Notes under the pieces: model-generated
What the model was told of the DNA's origin: nothing
Database searches by the model: none
Seen by the model: only the letters and a program-made list of their open reading frames with translations
Shown here: piece by piece, positions 1 through 15,000 of the stretch
How the letters are laid out: each line of letters begins with the position of its first letter
Position numbering within the stretch: position 1 is the stretch's first letter
NCBI GenBank assembly: GCA_030390025.1
Contig: JASTWF010000033.1
Span: 870,001 to 934,000 of the forward strand
DNA: 64,000 nucleotides
Source of the DNA: Squalus acanthias
Taxonomy: Eukaryota
Reading direction: 5' to 3'
Translations under genes and position numbers: made by a program

Positions 1-3000
1 AGTGAGATTTACAGAGTGAGGGAATGGGAGTGAGATTTACAGAGTGAGGGAATGGGAGTGAGATTTACAGAGTGAGGGAATGGGAGTGAGATTTACAGAG
101 TGAGGGAATGGGAGTGAGATTTACAGAGTGAGGGAATGGGAGTGAGATTTACAGAGTGAGGGAATGGGAGTGAGATTTACAGAGTGAGGGAATGGGAGTG
201 AGATTTACAGAGTGAGGGAATGGGAGTGAGATTTACAGAGTGAGGGAATGGGAGTGAGATTTACAGAGTGAGGGAATGGGAGTGAGATTTACAGAGTGAG
301 GGAATGGGAGTGAGATTTACAGAGTGAGGGAATGGGAGTGAGATTTACAGAGTGAGGGAATGGGAGTGAGATTTACAGAGTGAGGGAATGGGAGTGAGAT
401 TTACAGAGTGAGGGAATGGGAGTGAGATTTACAGAGTGAGGGAATGGGAGTGAGATTTACAGAGTGAGGGAATGGGAGTGAGATTTACAGAGTGAGGGAA
501 TGGGAGTGAGATTTACAGAGTGAGGGAATGGGAGTGAGATTTACAGAGTGAGGGAATGGGAGTGAGATTTACAGAGTGAGGGAATGGGAGTGAGATTTAC
601 AGAGTGAGGGAATGGGAGTGAGATTTACAGAGTGAGGGAATGGGAGTGAGATTTACAGAGTGAGGGAATGGGAGTGAGATTTACAGAGTGAGGGAATGGG
701 AGTGAGATTTACAGAGTGAGGGAATGGGAGTGAGATTTACAGAGTGAGGGAATGGGAGTGAGATTTACAGAGTGAGGGAATGGGAGTGAGATTTACAGAG
801 TGAGGGAATGGGAGTGAGATTTACAGAGTGAGGGAATGGGAGTGAGATTTACAGAGTGAGGGAATGGGAGTGAGATTTACAGAGTGAGGGAATGGGAGTG
901 AGATTTACAGAGTGAGGGAATGGGAGTGAGATTTACAGAGTGAGGGAATGGGAGTGAGATTTACAGAGTGAGGGAATGGGAGTGAGATTTACAGAGTGAG
1001 GGAATGGGAGTGAGATTTACAGAGTGAGGGAATGGGAGTGAGATTTACAGAGTGAGGGAATGGGAGTGAGATTTACAGAGTGAGGGAATGGGAGTGAGAT
1101 TTACAGAGTGAGGGAATGGGAGTGAGATTTACAGAGTGAGGGAATGGGAGTGAGATTTACAGAGTGAGGGAATGGGAGTGAGATTTACAGAGTGAGGGAA
1201 TGGGAGTGAGATTTACAGAGTGAGGGAATGGGAGTGAGATTTACAGAGTGAGGGAATGGGAGTGAGATTTACAGAGTGAGGGAATGGGAGTGAGATTTAC
1301 AGAGTGAGGGAATGGGAGTGAGATTTACAGAGTGAGGGAATGGGAGTGAGATTTACAGAGTGAGGGAATGGGAGTGAGATTTACAGAGTGAGGGAATGGG
1401 AGTGAGATTTACAGAGTGAGGGAATGGGAGTGAGATTTACAGAGTGAGGGAATGGGAGTGAGATTTACAGAGTGAGGGAATGGGAGTGAGATTTACAGAG
1501 TGAGGGAATGGGAGTGAGATTTACAGAGTGAGGGAATGGGAGTGAGATTTACAGAGTGAGGGAATGGGAGTGAGATTTACAGAGTGAGGGAATGGGAGTG
1601 AGATTTACAGAGTGAGGGAATGGGAGTGAGATTTACAGAGTGAGGGAATGGGAGTGAGATTTACAGAGTGAGGGAATGGGAGTGAGATTTACAGAGTGAG
1701 GGAATGGGAGTGAGATTTACAGAGTGAGGGAATGGGAGTGAGATTTACAGAGTGAGGGAATGGGAGTGAGATTTACAGAGTGAGGGAATGGGAGTGAGAT
1801 TTACAGAGTGAGGGAATGGGAGTGAGATTTACAGAGTGAGGGAATGGGAGTGAGATTTACAGAGTGAGGGAATGGGAGTGAGATTTACAGAGTGAGGGAA
1901 TGGGAGTGAGATTTACAGAGTGAGGGAATGGGAGTGAGATTTACAGAGTGAGGGAATGGGAGTGAGATTTACAGAGTGAGGGAATGGGAGTGAGATTTAC
2001 AGAGTGAGGGAATGGGAGTGAGATTTACAGAGTGAGGGAATGGGAGTGAGATTTACAGAGTGAGGGAATGGGAGTGAGATTTACAGAGTGAGGGAATGGG
2101 AGTGAGATTTACAGAGTGAGGGAATGGGAGTGAGATTTACAGAGTGAGGGAATGGGAGTGAGATTTACAGAGTGAGGGAATGGGAGTGAGATTTACAGAG
2201 TGAGGGAATGGGAGTGAGATTTACAGAGTGAGGGAATGGGAGTGAGATTTACAGAGTGAGGGAATGGGAGTGAGATTTACAGAGTGAGGGAATGGGAGTG
2301 AGATTTACAGAGTGAGGGAATGGGAGTGAGATTTACAGAGTGAGGGAATGGGAGTGAGATTTACAGAGTGAGGGAATGGGAGTGAGATTTACAGAGTGAG
2401 GGAATGGGAGTGAGATTTACAGAGTGAGGGAATGGGAGTGAGATTTACAGAGTGAGGGAATGGGAGTGAGATTTACAGAGTGAGGGAATGGGAGTGAGAT
2501 TTACAGAGTGAGGGAATGGGAGTGAGATTTACAGAGTGAGGGAATGGGAGTGAGATTTACAGAGTGAGGGAATGGGAGTGAGATTTACAGAGTGAGGGAA
2601 TGGGAGTGAGATTTACAGAGTGAGGGAATGGGAGTGAGATTTACAGAGTGAGGGAATGGGAGTGAGATTTACAGAGTGAGGGAATGGGAGTGAGATTTAC
2701 AGAGTGAGGGAATGGGAGTGAGATTTACAGAGTGAGGGAATGGGAGTGAGATTTACAGAGTGAGGGAATGGGAGTGAGATTTACAGAGTGAGGGAATGGG
2801 AGTGAGATTTACAGAGTGAGGGAATGGGAGTGAGATTTACAGAGTGAGGGAATGGGAGTGAGATTTACAGAGTGAGGGAATGGGAGTGAGATTTACAGAG
2901 TGAGGGAATGGGAGTGAGATTTACAGAGTGAGGGAATGGGAGTGAGATTTACAGAGTGAGGGAATGGGAGTGAGATTTACAGAGTGAGGGAATGGGAGTG

Positions 3001-6000
3001 AGATTTACAGAGTGAGGGAATGGGAGTGAGATTTACAGAGTGAGGGAATGGGAGTGAGATTTACAGAGTGAGGGAATGGGAGTGAGATTTACAGAGTGAG
3101 GGAATGGGAGTGAGATTTACAGAGTGAGGGAATGGGAGTGAGATTTACAGAGTGAGGGAATGGGAGTGAGATTTACAGAGTGAGGGAATGGGAGTGAGAT
3201 TTACAGAGTGAGGGAATGGGAGTGAGATTTACAGAGTGAGGGAATGGGAGTGAGATTTACAGAGTGAGGGAATGGGAGTGAGATTTACAGAGTGAGGGAA
3301 TGGGAGTGAGATTTACAGAGTGAGGGAATGGGAGTGAGATTTACAGAGTGAGGGAATGGGAGTGAGATTTACAGAGTGAGGGAATGGGAGTGAGATTTAC
3401 AGAGTGAGGGAATGGGAGTGAGATTTACAGAGTGAGGGAATGGGAGTGAGATTTACAGAGTGAGGGAATGGGAGTGAGATTTACAGAGTGAGGGAATGGG
3501 AGTGAGATTTACAGAGTGAGGGAATGGGAGTGAGATTTACAGAGTGAGGGAATGGGAGTGAGATTTACAGAGTGAGGGAATGGGAGTGAGATTTACAGAG
3601 TGAGGGAATGGGAGTGAGATTTACAGAGTGAGGGAATGGGAGTGAGATTTACAGAGTGAGGGAATGGGAGTGAGATTTACAGAGTGAGGGAATGGGAGTG
3701 AGATTTACAGAGTGAGGGAATGGGAGTGAGATTTACAGAGTGAGGGAATGGGAGTGAGATTTACAGAGTGAGGGAATGGGAGTGAGATTTACAGAGTGAG
3801 GGAATGGGAGTGAGATTTACAGAGTGAGGGAATGGGAGTGAGATTTACAGAGTGAGGGAATGGGAGTGAGATTTACAGAGTGAGGGAATGGGAGTGAGAT
3901 TTACAGAGTGAGGGAATGGGAGTGAGATTTACAGAGTGAGGGAATGGGAGTGAGATTTACAGAGTGAGGGAATGGGAGTGAGATTTACAGAGTGAGGGAA
4001 TGGGAGTGAGATTTACAGAGTGAGGGAATGGGAGTGAGATTTACAGAGTGAGGGAATGGGAGTGAGATTTACAGAGTGAGGGAATGGGAGTGAGATTTAC
4101 AGAGTGAGGGAATGGGAGTGAGATTTACAGAGTGAGGGAATGGGAGTGAGATTTACAGAGTGAGGGAATGGGAGTGAGATTTACAGAGTGAGGGAATGGG
4201 AGTGAGATTTACAGAGTGAGGGAATGGGAGTGAGATTTACAGAGTGAGGGAATGGGAGTGAGATTTACAGAGTGAGGGAATGGGAGTGAGATTTACAGAG
4301 TGAGGGAATGGGAGTGAGATTTACAGAGTGAGGGAATGGGAGTGAGATTTACAGAGTGAGGGAATGGGAGTGAGATTTACAGAGTGAGGGAATGGGAGTG
4401 AGATTTACAGAGTGAGGGAATGGGAGTGAGATTTACAGAGTGAGGGAATGGGAGTGAGATTTACAGAGTGAGGGAATGGGAGTGAGATTTACAGAGTGAG
4501 GGAATGGGAGTGAGATTTACAGAGTGAGGGAATGGGAGTGAGATTTACAGAGTGAGGGAATGGGAGTGAGATTTACAGAGTGAGGGAATGGGAGTGAGAT
4601 TTACAGAGTGAGGGAATGGGAGTGAGATTTACAGAGTGAGGGAATGGGAGTGAGATTTACAGAGTGAGGGAATGGGAGTGAGATTTACAGAGTGAGGGAA
4701 TGGGAGTGAGATTTACAGAGTGAGGGAATGGGAGTGAGATTTACAGAGTGAGGGAATGGGAGTGAGATTTACAGAGTGAGGGAATGGGAGTGAGATTTAC
4801 AGAGTGAGGGAATGGGAGTGAGATTTACAGAGTGAGGGAATGGGAGTGAGATTTACAGAGTGAGGGAATGGGAGTGAGATTTACAGAGTGAGGGAATGGG
4901 AGTGAGATTTACAGAGTGAGGGAATGGGAGTGAGATTTACAGAGTGAGGGAATGGGAGTGAGATTTACAGAGTGAGGGAATGGGAGTGAGATTTACAGAG
5001 TGAGGGAATGGGAGTGAGATTTACAGAGTGAGGGAATGGGAGTGAGATTTACAGAGTGAGGGAATGGGAGTGAGATTTACAGAGTGAGGGAATGGGAGTG
5101 AGATTTACAGAGTGAGGGAATGGGAGTGAGATTTACAGAGTGAGGGAATGGGAGTGAGATTTACAGAGTGAGGGAATGGGAGTGAGATTTACAGAGTGAG
5201 GGAATGGGAGTGAGATTTACAGAGTGAGGGAATGGGAGTGAGATTTACAGAGTGAGGGAATGGGAGTGAGATTTACAGAGTGAGGGAATGGGAGTGAGAT
5301 TTACAGAGTGAGGGAATGGGAGTGAGATTTACAGAGTGAGGGAATGGGAGTGAGATTTACAGAGTGAGGGAATGGGAGTGAGATTTACAGAGTGAGGGAA
5401 TGGGAGTGAGATTTACAGAGTGAGGGAATGGGAGTGAGATTTACAGAGTGAGGGAATGGGAGTGAGATTTACAGAGTGAGGGAATGGGAGTGAGATTTAC
5501 AGAGTGAGGGAATGGGAGTGAGATTTACAGAGTGAGGGAATGGGAGTGAGATTTACAGAGTGAGGGAATGGGAGTGAGATTTACAGAGTGAGGGAATGGG
5601 AGTGAGATTTACAGAGTGAGGGAATGGGAGTGAGATTTACAGAGTGAGGGAATGGGAGTGAGATTTACAGAGTGAGGGAATGGGAGTGAGATTTACAGAG
5701 TGAGGGAATGGGAGTGAGATTTACAGAGTGAGGGAATGGGAGTGAGATTTACAGAGTGAGGGAATGGGAGTGAGATTTACAGAGTGAGGGAATGGGAGTG
5801 AGATTTACAGAGTGAGGGAATGGGAGTGAGATTTACAGAGTGAGGGAATGGGAGTGAGATTTACAGAGTGAGGGAATGGGAGTGAGATTTACAGAGTGAG
5901 GGAATGGGAGTGAGATTTACAGAGTGAGGGAATGGGAGTGAGATTTACAGAGTGAGGGAATGGGAGTGAGATTTACAGAGTGAGGGAATGGGAGTGAGAT

Positions 6001-9000
6001 TTACAGAGTGAGGGAATGGGAGTGAGATTTACAGAGTGAGGGAATGGGAGTGAGATTTACAGAGTGAGGGAATGGGAGTGAGATTTACAGAGTGAGGGAA
6101 TGGGAGTGAGATTTACAGAGTGAGGGAATGGGAGTGAGATTTACAGAGTGAGGGAATGGGAGTGAGATTTACAGAGTGAGGGAATGGGAGTGAGATTTAC
6201 AGAGTGAGGGAATGGGAGTGAGATTTACAGAGTGAGGGAATGGGAGTGAGATTTACAGAGTGAGGGAATGGGAGTGAGATTTACAGAGTGAGGGAATGGG
6301 AGTGAGATTTACAGAGTGAGGGAATGGGAGTGAGATTTACAGAGTGAGGGAATGGGAGTGAGATTTACAGAGTGAGGGAATGGGAGTGAGATTTACAGAG
6401 TGAGGGAATGGGAGTGAGATTTACAGAGTGAGGGAATGGGAGTGAGATTTACAGAGTGAGGGAATGGGAGTGAGATTTACAGAGTGAGGGAATGGGAGTG
6501 AGATTTACAGAGTGAGGGAATGGGAGTGAGATTTACAGAGTGAGGGAATGGGAGTGAGATTTACAGAGTGAGGGAATGGGAGTGAGATTTACAGAGTGAG
6601 GGAATGGGAGTGAGATTTACAGAGTGAGGGAATGGGAGTGAGATTTACAGAGTGAGGGAATGGGAGTGAGATTTACAGAGTGAGGGAATGGGAGTGAGAT
6701 TTACAGAGTGAGGGAATGGGAGTGAGATTTACAGAGTGAGGGAATGGGAGTGAGATTTACAGAGTGAGGGAATGGGAGTGAGATTTACAGAGTGAGGGAA
6801 TGGGAGTGAGATTTACAGAGTGAGGGAATGGGAGTGAGATTTACAGAGTGAGGGAATGGGAGTGAGATTTACAGAGTGAGGGAATGGGAGTGAGATTTAC
6901 AGAGTGAGGGAATGGGAGTGAGATTTACAGAGTGAGGGAATGGGAGTGAGATTTACAGAGTGAGGGAATGGGAGTGAGATTTACAGAGTGAGGGAATGGG
7001 AGTGAGATTTACAGAGTGAGGGAATGGGAGTGAGATTTACAGAGTGAGGGAATGGGAGTGAGATTTACAGAGTGAGGGAATGGGAGTGAGATTTACAGAG
7101 TGAGGGAATGGGAGTGAGATTTACAGAGTGAGGGAATGGGAGTGAGATTTACAGAGTGAGGGAATGGGAGTGAGATTTACAGAGTGAGGGAATGGGAGTG
7201 AGATTTACAGAGTGAGGGAATGGGAGTGAGATTTACAGAGTGAGGGAATGGGAGTGAGATTTACAGAGTGAGGGAATGGGAGTGAGATTTACAGAGTGAG
7301 GGAATGGGAGTGAGATTTACAGAGTGAGGGAATGGGAGTGAGATTTACAGAGTGAGGGAATGGGAGTGAGATTTACAGAGTGAGGGAATGGGAGTGAGAT
7401 TTACAGAGTGAGGGAATGGGAGTGAGATTTACAGAGTGAGGGAATGGGAGTGAGATTTACAGAGTGAGGGAATGGGAGTGAGATTTACAGAGTGAGGGAA
7501 TGGGAGTGAGATTTACAGAGTGAGGGAATGGGAGTGAGATTTACAGAGTGAGGGAATGGGAGTGAGATTTACAGAGTGAGGGAATGGGAGTGAGATTTAC
7601 AGAGTGAGGGAATGGGAGTGAGATTTACAGAGTGAGGGAATGGGAGTGAGATTTACAGAGTGAGGGAATGGGAGTGAGATTTACAGAGTGAGGGAATGGG
7701 AGTGAGATTTACAGAGTGAGGGAATGGGAGTGAGATTTACAGAGTGAGGGAATGGGAGTGAGATTTACAGAGTGAGGGAATGGGAGTGAGATTTACAGAG
7801 TGAGGGAATGGGAGTGAGATTTACAGAGTGAGGGAATGGGAGTGAGATTTACAGAGTGAGGGAATGGGAGTGAGATTTACAGAGTGAGGGAATGGGAGTG
7901 AGATTTACAGAGTGAGGGAATGGGAGTGAGATTTACAGAGTGAGGGAATGGGAGTGAGATTTACAGAGTGAGGGAATGGGAGTGAGATTTACAGAGTGAG
8001 GGAATGGGAGTGAGATTTACAGAGTGAGGGAATGGGAGTGAGATTTACAGAGTGAGGGAATGGGAGTGAGATTTACAGAGTGAGGGAATGGGAGTGAGAT
8101 TTACAGAGTGAGGGAATGGGAGTGAGATTTACAGAGTGAGGGAATGGGAGTGAGATTTACAGAGTGAGGGAATGGGAGTGAGATTTACAGAGTGAGGGAA
8201 TGGGAGTGAGATTTACAGAGTGAGGGAATGGGAGTGAGATTTACAGAGTGAGGGAATGGGAGTGAGATTTACAGAGTGAGGGAATGGGAGTGAGATTTAC
8301 AGAGTGAGGGAATGGGAGTGAGATTTACAGAGTGAGGGAATGGGAGTGAGATTTACAGAGTGAGGGAATGGGAGTGAGATTTACAGAGTGAGGGAATGGG
8401 AGTGAGATTTACAGAGTGAGGGAATGGGAGTGAGATTTACAGAGTGAGGGAATGGGAGTGAGATTTACAGAGTGAGGGAATGGGAGTGAGATTTACAGAG
8501 TGAGGGAATGGGAGTGAGATTTACAGAGTGAGGGAATGGGAGTGAGATTTACAGAGTGAGGGAATGGGAGTGAGATTTACAGAGTGAGGGAATGGGAGTG
8601 AGATTTACAGAGTGAGGGAATGGGAGTGAGATTTACAGAGTGAGGGAATGGGAGTGAGATTTACAGAGTGAGGGAATGGGAGTGAGATTTACAGAGTGAG
8701 GGAATGGGAGTGAGATTTACAGAGTGAGGGAATGGGAGTGAGATTTACAGAGTGAGGGAATGGGAGTGAGATTTACAGAGTGAGGGAATGGGAGTGAGAT
8801 TTACAGAGTGAGGGAATGGGAGTGAGATTTACAGAGTGAGGGAATGGGAGTGAGATTTACAGAGTGAGGGAATGGGAGTGAGATTTACAGAGTGAGGGAA
8901 TGGGAGTGAGATTTACAGAGTGAGGGAATGGGAGTGAGATTTACAGAGTGAGGGAATGGGAGTGAGATTTACAGAGTGAGGGAATGGGAGTGAGATTTAC

Positions 9001-12000
9001 AGAGTGAGGGAATGGGAGTGAGATTTACAGAGTGAGGGAATGGGAGTGAGATTTACAGAGTGAGGGAATGGGAGTGAGATTTACAGAGTGAGGGAATGGG
9101 AGTGAGATTTACAGAGTGAGGGAATGGGAGTGAGATTTACAGAGTGAGGGAATGGGAGTGAGATTTACAGAGTGAGGGAATGGGAGTGAGATTTACAGAG
9201 TGAGGGAATGGGAGTGAGATTTACAGAGTGAGGGAATGGGAGTGAGATTTACAGAGTGAGGGAATGGGAGTGAGATTTACAGAGTGAGGGAATGGGAGTG
9301 AGATTTACAGAGTGAGGGAATGGGAGTGAGATTTACAGAGTGAGGGAATGGGAGTGAGATTTACAGAGTGAGGGAATGGGAGTGAGATTTACAGAGTGAG
9401 GGAATGGGAGTGAGATTTACAGAGTGAGGGAATGGGAGTGAGATTTACAGAGTGAGGGAATGGGAGTGAGATTTACAGAGTGAGGGAATGGGAGTGAGAT
9501 TTACAGAGTGAGGGAATGGGAGTGAGATTTACAGAGTGAGGGAATGGGAGTGAGATTTACAGAGTGAGGGAATGGGAGTGAGATTTACAGAGTGAGGGAA
9601 TGGGAGTGAGATTTACAGAGTGAGGGAATGGGAGTGAGATTTACAGAGTGAGGGAATGGGAGTGAGATTTACAGAGTGAGGGAATGGGAGTGAGATTTAC
9701 AGAGTGAGGGAATGGGAGTGAGATTTACAGAGTGAGGGAATGGGAGTGAGATTTACAGAGTGAGGGAATGGGAGTGAGATTTACAGAGTGAGGGAATGGG
9801 AGTGAGATTTACAGAGTGAGGGAATGGGAGTGAGATTTACAGAGTGAGGGAATGGGAGTGAGATTTACAGAGTGAGGGAATGGGAGTGAGATTTACAGAG
9901 TGAGGGAATGGGAGTGAGATTTACAGAGTGAGGGAATGGGAGTGAGATTTACAGAGTGAGGGAATGGGAGTGAGATTTACAGAGTGAGGGAATGGGAGTG
10001 AGATTTACAGAGTGAGGGAATGGGAGTGAGATTTACAGAGTGAGGGAATGGGAGTGAGATTTACAGAGTGAGGGAATGGGAGTGAGATTTACAGAGTGAG
10101 GGAATGGGAGTGAGATTTACAGAGTGAGGGAATGGGAGTGAGATTTACAGAGTGAGGGAATGGGAGTGAGATTTACAGAGTGAGGGAATGGGAGTGAGAT
10201 TTACAGAGTGAGGGAATGGGAGTGAGATTTACAGAGTGAGGGAATGGGAGTGAGATTTACAGAGTGAGGGAATGGGAGTGAGATTTACAGAGTGAGGGAA
10301 TGGGAGTGAGATTTACAGAGTGAGGGAATGGGAGTGAGATTTACAGAGTGAGGGAATGGGAGTGAGATTTACAGAGTGAGGGATGGGAGTGAGATTTACA
10401 GAGTGAGGGAATGGGAGTGAGATTTACAGAGTGAGGGAATGGGAGTGAGATTTACAGAGTGAGGGAATGGGAGTGAGATTTACAGAGTGAGGGAATGGGA
10501 GTGAGATTTACAGAGTGAGGGAATGGGAGTGAGATTTACAGAGTGAGGGAATGGGAGTGAGATTTACAGAGTGAGGGAATGGGAGTGAGATTTACAGAGT
10601 GAGGGAATGGGAGTGAGATTTACAGAGTGAGGGAATGGGAGTGAGATTTACAGAGTGAGGGAATGGGAGTGAGATTTACAGAGTGAGGGAATGGGAGTGA
10701 GATTTACAGAGTGAGGGAATGGGAGTGAGATTTACAGAGTGAGGGAATGGGAGTGAGATTTACAGAGTGAGGGAATGGGAGTGAGATTTACAGAGTGAGG
10801 GAATGGGAGTGAGATTTACAGAGTGAGGGAATGGGAGTGAGATTTACAGAGTGAGGGAATGGGAGTGAGATTTACAGAGTGAGGGAATGGGAGTGAGATT
10901 TACAGAGTGAGGGAATGGGAGTGAGATTTACAGAGTGAGGGAATGGGAGTGAGATTTACAGAGTGAGGGAATGGGAGTGAGATTTACAGAGTGAGGGAAT
11001 GGGAGTGAGATTTACAGAGTGAGGGAATGGGAGTGAGATTTACAGAGTGAGGGAATGGGAGTGAGATTTACAGAGTGAGGGAATGGGAGTGAGATTTACA
11101 GAGTGAGGGAATGGGAGTGAGATTTACAGAGTGAGGGAATGGGAGTGAGATTTACAGAGTGAGGGAATGGGAGTGAGATTTACAGAGTGAGGGAATGGGA
11201 GTGAGATTTACAGAGTGAGGGAATGGGAGTGAGATTTACAGAGTGAGGGAATGGGAGTGAGATTTACAGAGTGAGGGAATGGGAGTGAGATTTACAGAGT
11301 GAGGGAATGGGAGTGAGATTTACAGAGTGAGGGAATGGGAGTGAGATTTACAGAGTGAGGGAATGGGAGTGAGATTTACAGAGTGAGGGAATGGGAGTGA
11401 GATTTACAGAGTGAGGGAATGGGAGTGAGATTTACAGAGTGAGGGAATGGGAGTGAGATTTACAGAGTGAGGGAATGGGAGTGAGATTTACAGAGTGAGG
11501 GAATGGGAGTGAGATTTACAGAGTGAGGGAATGGGAGTGAGATTTACAGAGTGAGGGAATGGGAGTGAGATTTACAGAGTGAGGGAATGGGAGTGAGATT
11601 TACAGAGTGAGGGAATGGGAGTGAGATTTACAGAGTGAGGGAATGGGAGTGAGATTTACAGAGTGAGGGAATGGGAGTGAGATTTACAGAGTGAGGGAAT
11701 GGGAGTGAGATTTACAGAGTGAGGGAATGGGAGTGAGATTTACAGAGTGAGGGAATGGGAGTGAGATTTACAGAGTGAGGGAATGGGAGTGAGATTTACA
11801 GAGTGAGGGAATGGGAGTGAGATTTACAGAGTGAGGGAATGGGAGTGAGATTTACAGAGTGAGGGAATGGGAGTGAGATTTACAGAGTGAGGGAATGGGA
11901 GTGAGATTTACAGAGTGAGGGAATGGGAGTGAGATTTACAGAGTGAGGGAATGGGAGTGAGATTTACAGAGTGAGGGAATGGGAGTGAGATTTACAGAGT

Positions 12001-15000
12001 GAGGGAATGGGAGTGAGATTTACAGAGTGAGGGAATGGGAGTGAGATTTACAGAGTGAGGGAATGGGAGTGAGATTTACAGAGTGAGGGAATGGGAGTGA
12101 GATTTACAGAGTGAGGGAATGGGAGTGAGATTTACAGAGTGAGGGAATGGGAGTGAGATTTACAGAGTGAGGGAATGGGAGTGAGATTTACAGAGTGAGG
12201 GAATGGGAGTGAGATTTACAGAGTGAGGGAATGGGAGTGAGATTTACAGAGTGAGGGAATGGGAGTGAGATTTACAGAGTGAGGGAATGGGAGTGAGATT
12301 TACAGAGTGAGGGAATGGGAGTGAGATTTACAGAGTGAGGGAATGGGAGTGAGATTTACAGAGTGAGGGAATGGGAGTGAGATTTACAGAGTGAGGGAAT
12401 GGGAGTGAGATTTACAGAGTGAGGGAATGGGAGTGAGATTTACAGAGTGAGGGAATGGGAGTGAGATTTACAGAGTGAGGGAATGGGAGTGAGATTTACA
12501 GAGTGAGGGAATGGGAGTGAGATTTACAGAGTGAGGGAATGGGAGTGAGATTTACAGAGTGAGGGAATGGGAGTGAGATTTACAGAGTGAGGGAATGGGA
12601 GTGAGATTTACAGAGTGAGGGAATGGGAGTGAGATTTACAGAGTGAGGGAATGGGAGTGAGATTTACAGAGTGAGGGAATGGGAGTGAGATTTACAGAGT
12701 GAGGGAATGGGAGTGAGATTTACAGAGTGAGGGAATGGGAGTGAGATTTACAGAGTGAGGGAATGGGAGTGAGATTTACAGAGTGAGGGAATGGGAGTGA
12801 GATTTACAGAGTGAGGGAATGGGAGTGAGATTTACAGAGTGAGGGAATGGGAGTGAGATTTACAGAGTGAGGGAATGGGAGTGAGATTTACAGAGTGAGG
12901 GAATGGGAGTGAGATTTACAGAGTGAGGGAATGGGAGTGAGATTTACAGAGTGAGGGAATGGGAGTGAGATTTACAGAGTGAGGGAATGGGAGTGAGATT
13001 TACAGAGTGAGGGAATGGGAGTGAGATTTACAGAGTGAGGGAATGGGAGTGAGATTTACAGAGTGAGGGAATGGGAGTGAGATTTACAGAGTGAGGGAAT
13101 GGGAGTGAGATTTACAGAGTGAGGGAATGGGAGTGAGATTTACAGAGTGAGGGAATGGGAGTGAGATTTACAGAGTGAGGGAATGGGAGTGAGATTTACA
13201 GAGTGAGGGAATGGGAGTGAGATTTACAGAGTGAGGGAATGGGAGTGAGATTTACAGAGTGAGGGAATGGGAGTGAGATTTACAGAGTGAGGGAATGGGA
13301 GTGAGATTTACAGAGTGAGGGAATGGGAGTGAGATTTACAGAGTGAGGGAATGGGAGTGAGATTTACAGAGTGAGGGAATGGGAGTGAGATTTACAGAGT
13401 GAGGGAATGGGAGTGAGATTTACAGAGTGAGGGAATGGGAGTGAGATTTACAGAGTGAGGGAATGGGAGTGAGATTTACAGAGTGAGGGAATGGGAGTGA
13501 GATTTACAGAGTGAGGGAATGGGAGTGAGATTTACAGAGTGAGGGAATGGGAGTGAGATTTACAGAGTGAGGGAATGGGAGTGAGATTTACAGAGTGAGG
13601 GAATGGGAGTGAGATTTACAGAGTGAGGGAATGGGAGTGAGATTTACAGAGTGAGGGAATGGGAGTGAGATTTACAGAGTGAGGGAATGGGAGTGAGATT
13701 TACAGAGTGAGGGAATGGGAGTGAGATTTACAGAGTGAGGGAATGGGAGTGAGATTTACAGAGTGAGGGAATGGGAGTGAGATTTACAGAGTGAGGGAAT
13801 GGGAGTGAGATTTACAGAGTGAGGGAATGGGAGTGAGATTTACAGAGTGAGGGAATGGGAGTGAGATTTACAGAGTGAGGGAATGGGAGTGAGATTTACA
13901 GAGTGAGGGAATGGGAGTGAGATTTACAGAGTGAGGGAATGGGAGTGAGATTTACAGAGTGAGGGAATGGGAGTGAGATTTACAGAGTGAGGGAATGGGA
14001 GTGAGATTTACAGAGTGAGGGAATGGGAGTGAGATTTACAGAGTGAGGGAATGGGAGTGAGATTTACAGAGTGAGGGAATGGGAGTGAGATTTACAGAGT
14101 GAGGGAATGGGAGTGAGATTTACAGAGTGAGGGAATGGGAGTGAGATTTACAGAGTGAGGGAATGGGAGTGAGATTTACAGAGTGAGGGAATGGGAGTGA
14201 GATTTACAGAGTGAGGGAATGGGAGTGAGATTTACAGAGTGAGGGAATGGGAGTGAGATTTACAGAGTGAGGGAATGGGAGTGAGATTTACAGAGTGAGG
14301 GAATGGGAGTGAGATTTACAGAGTGAGGGAATGGGAGTGAGATTTACAGAGTGAGGGAATGGGAGTGAGATTTACAGAGTGAGGGAATGGGAGTGAGATT
14401 TACAGAGTGAGGGAATGGGAGTGAGATTTACAGAGTGAGGGAATGGGAGTGAGATTTACAGAGTGAGGGAATGGGAGTGAGATTTACAGAGTGAGGGAAT
14501 GGGAGTGAGATTTACAGAGTGAGGGAATGGGAGTGAGATTTACAGAGTGAGGGAATGGGAGTGAGATTTACAGAGTGAGGGAATGGGAGTGAGATTTACA
14601 GAGTGAGGGAATGGGAGTGAGATTTACAGAGTGAGGGAATGGGAGTGAGATTTACAGAGTGAGGGAATGGGAGTGAGATTTACAGAGTGAGGGAATGGGA
14701 GTGAGATTTACAGAGTGAGGGAATGGGAGTGAGATTTACAGAGTGAGGGAATGGGAGTGAGATTTACAGAGTGAGGGAATGGGAGTGAGATTTACAGAGT
14801 GAGGGAATGGGAGTGAGATTTACAGAGTGAGGGAATGGGAGTGAGATTTACAGAGTGAGGGAATGGGAGTGAGATTTACAGAGTGAGGGAATGGGAGTGA
14901 GATTTACAGAGTGAGGGAATGGGAGTGAGATTTACAGAGTGAGGGAATGGGAGTGAGATTTACAGAGTGAGGGAATGGGAGTGAGATTTACAGAGTGAGG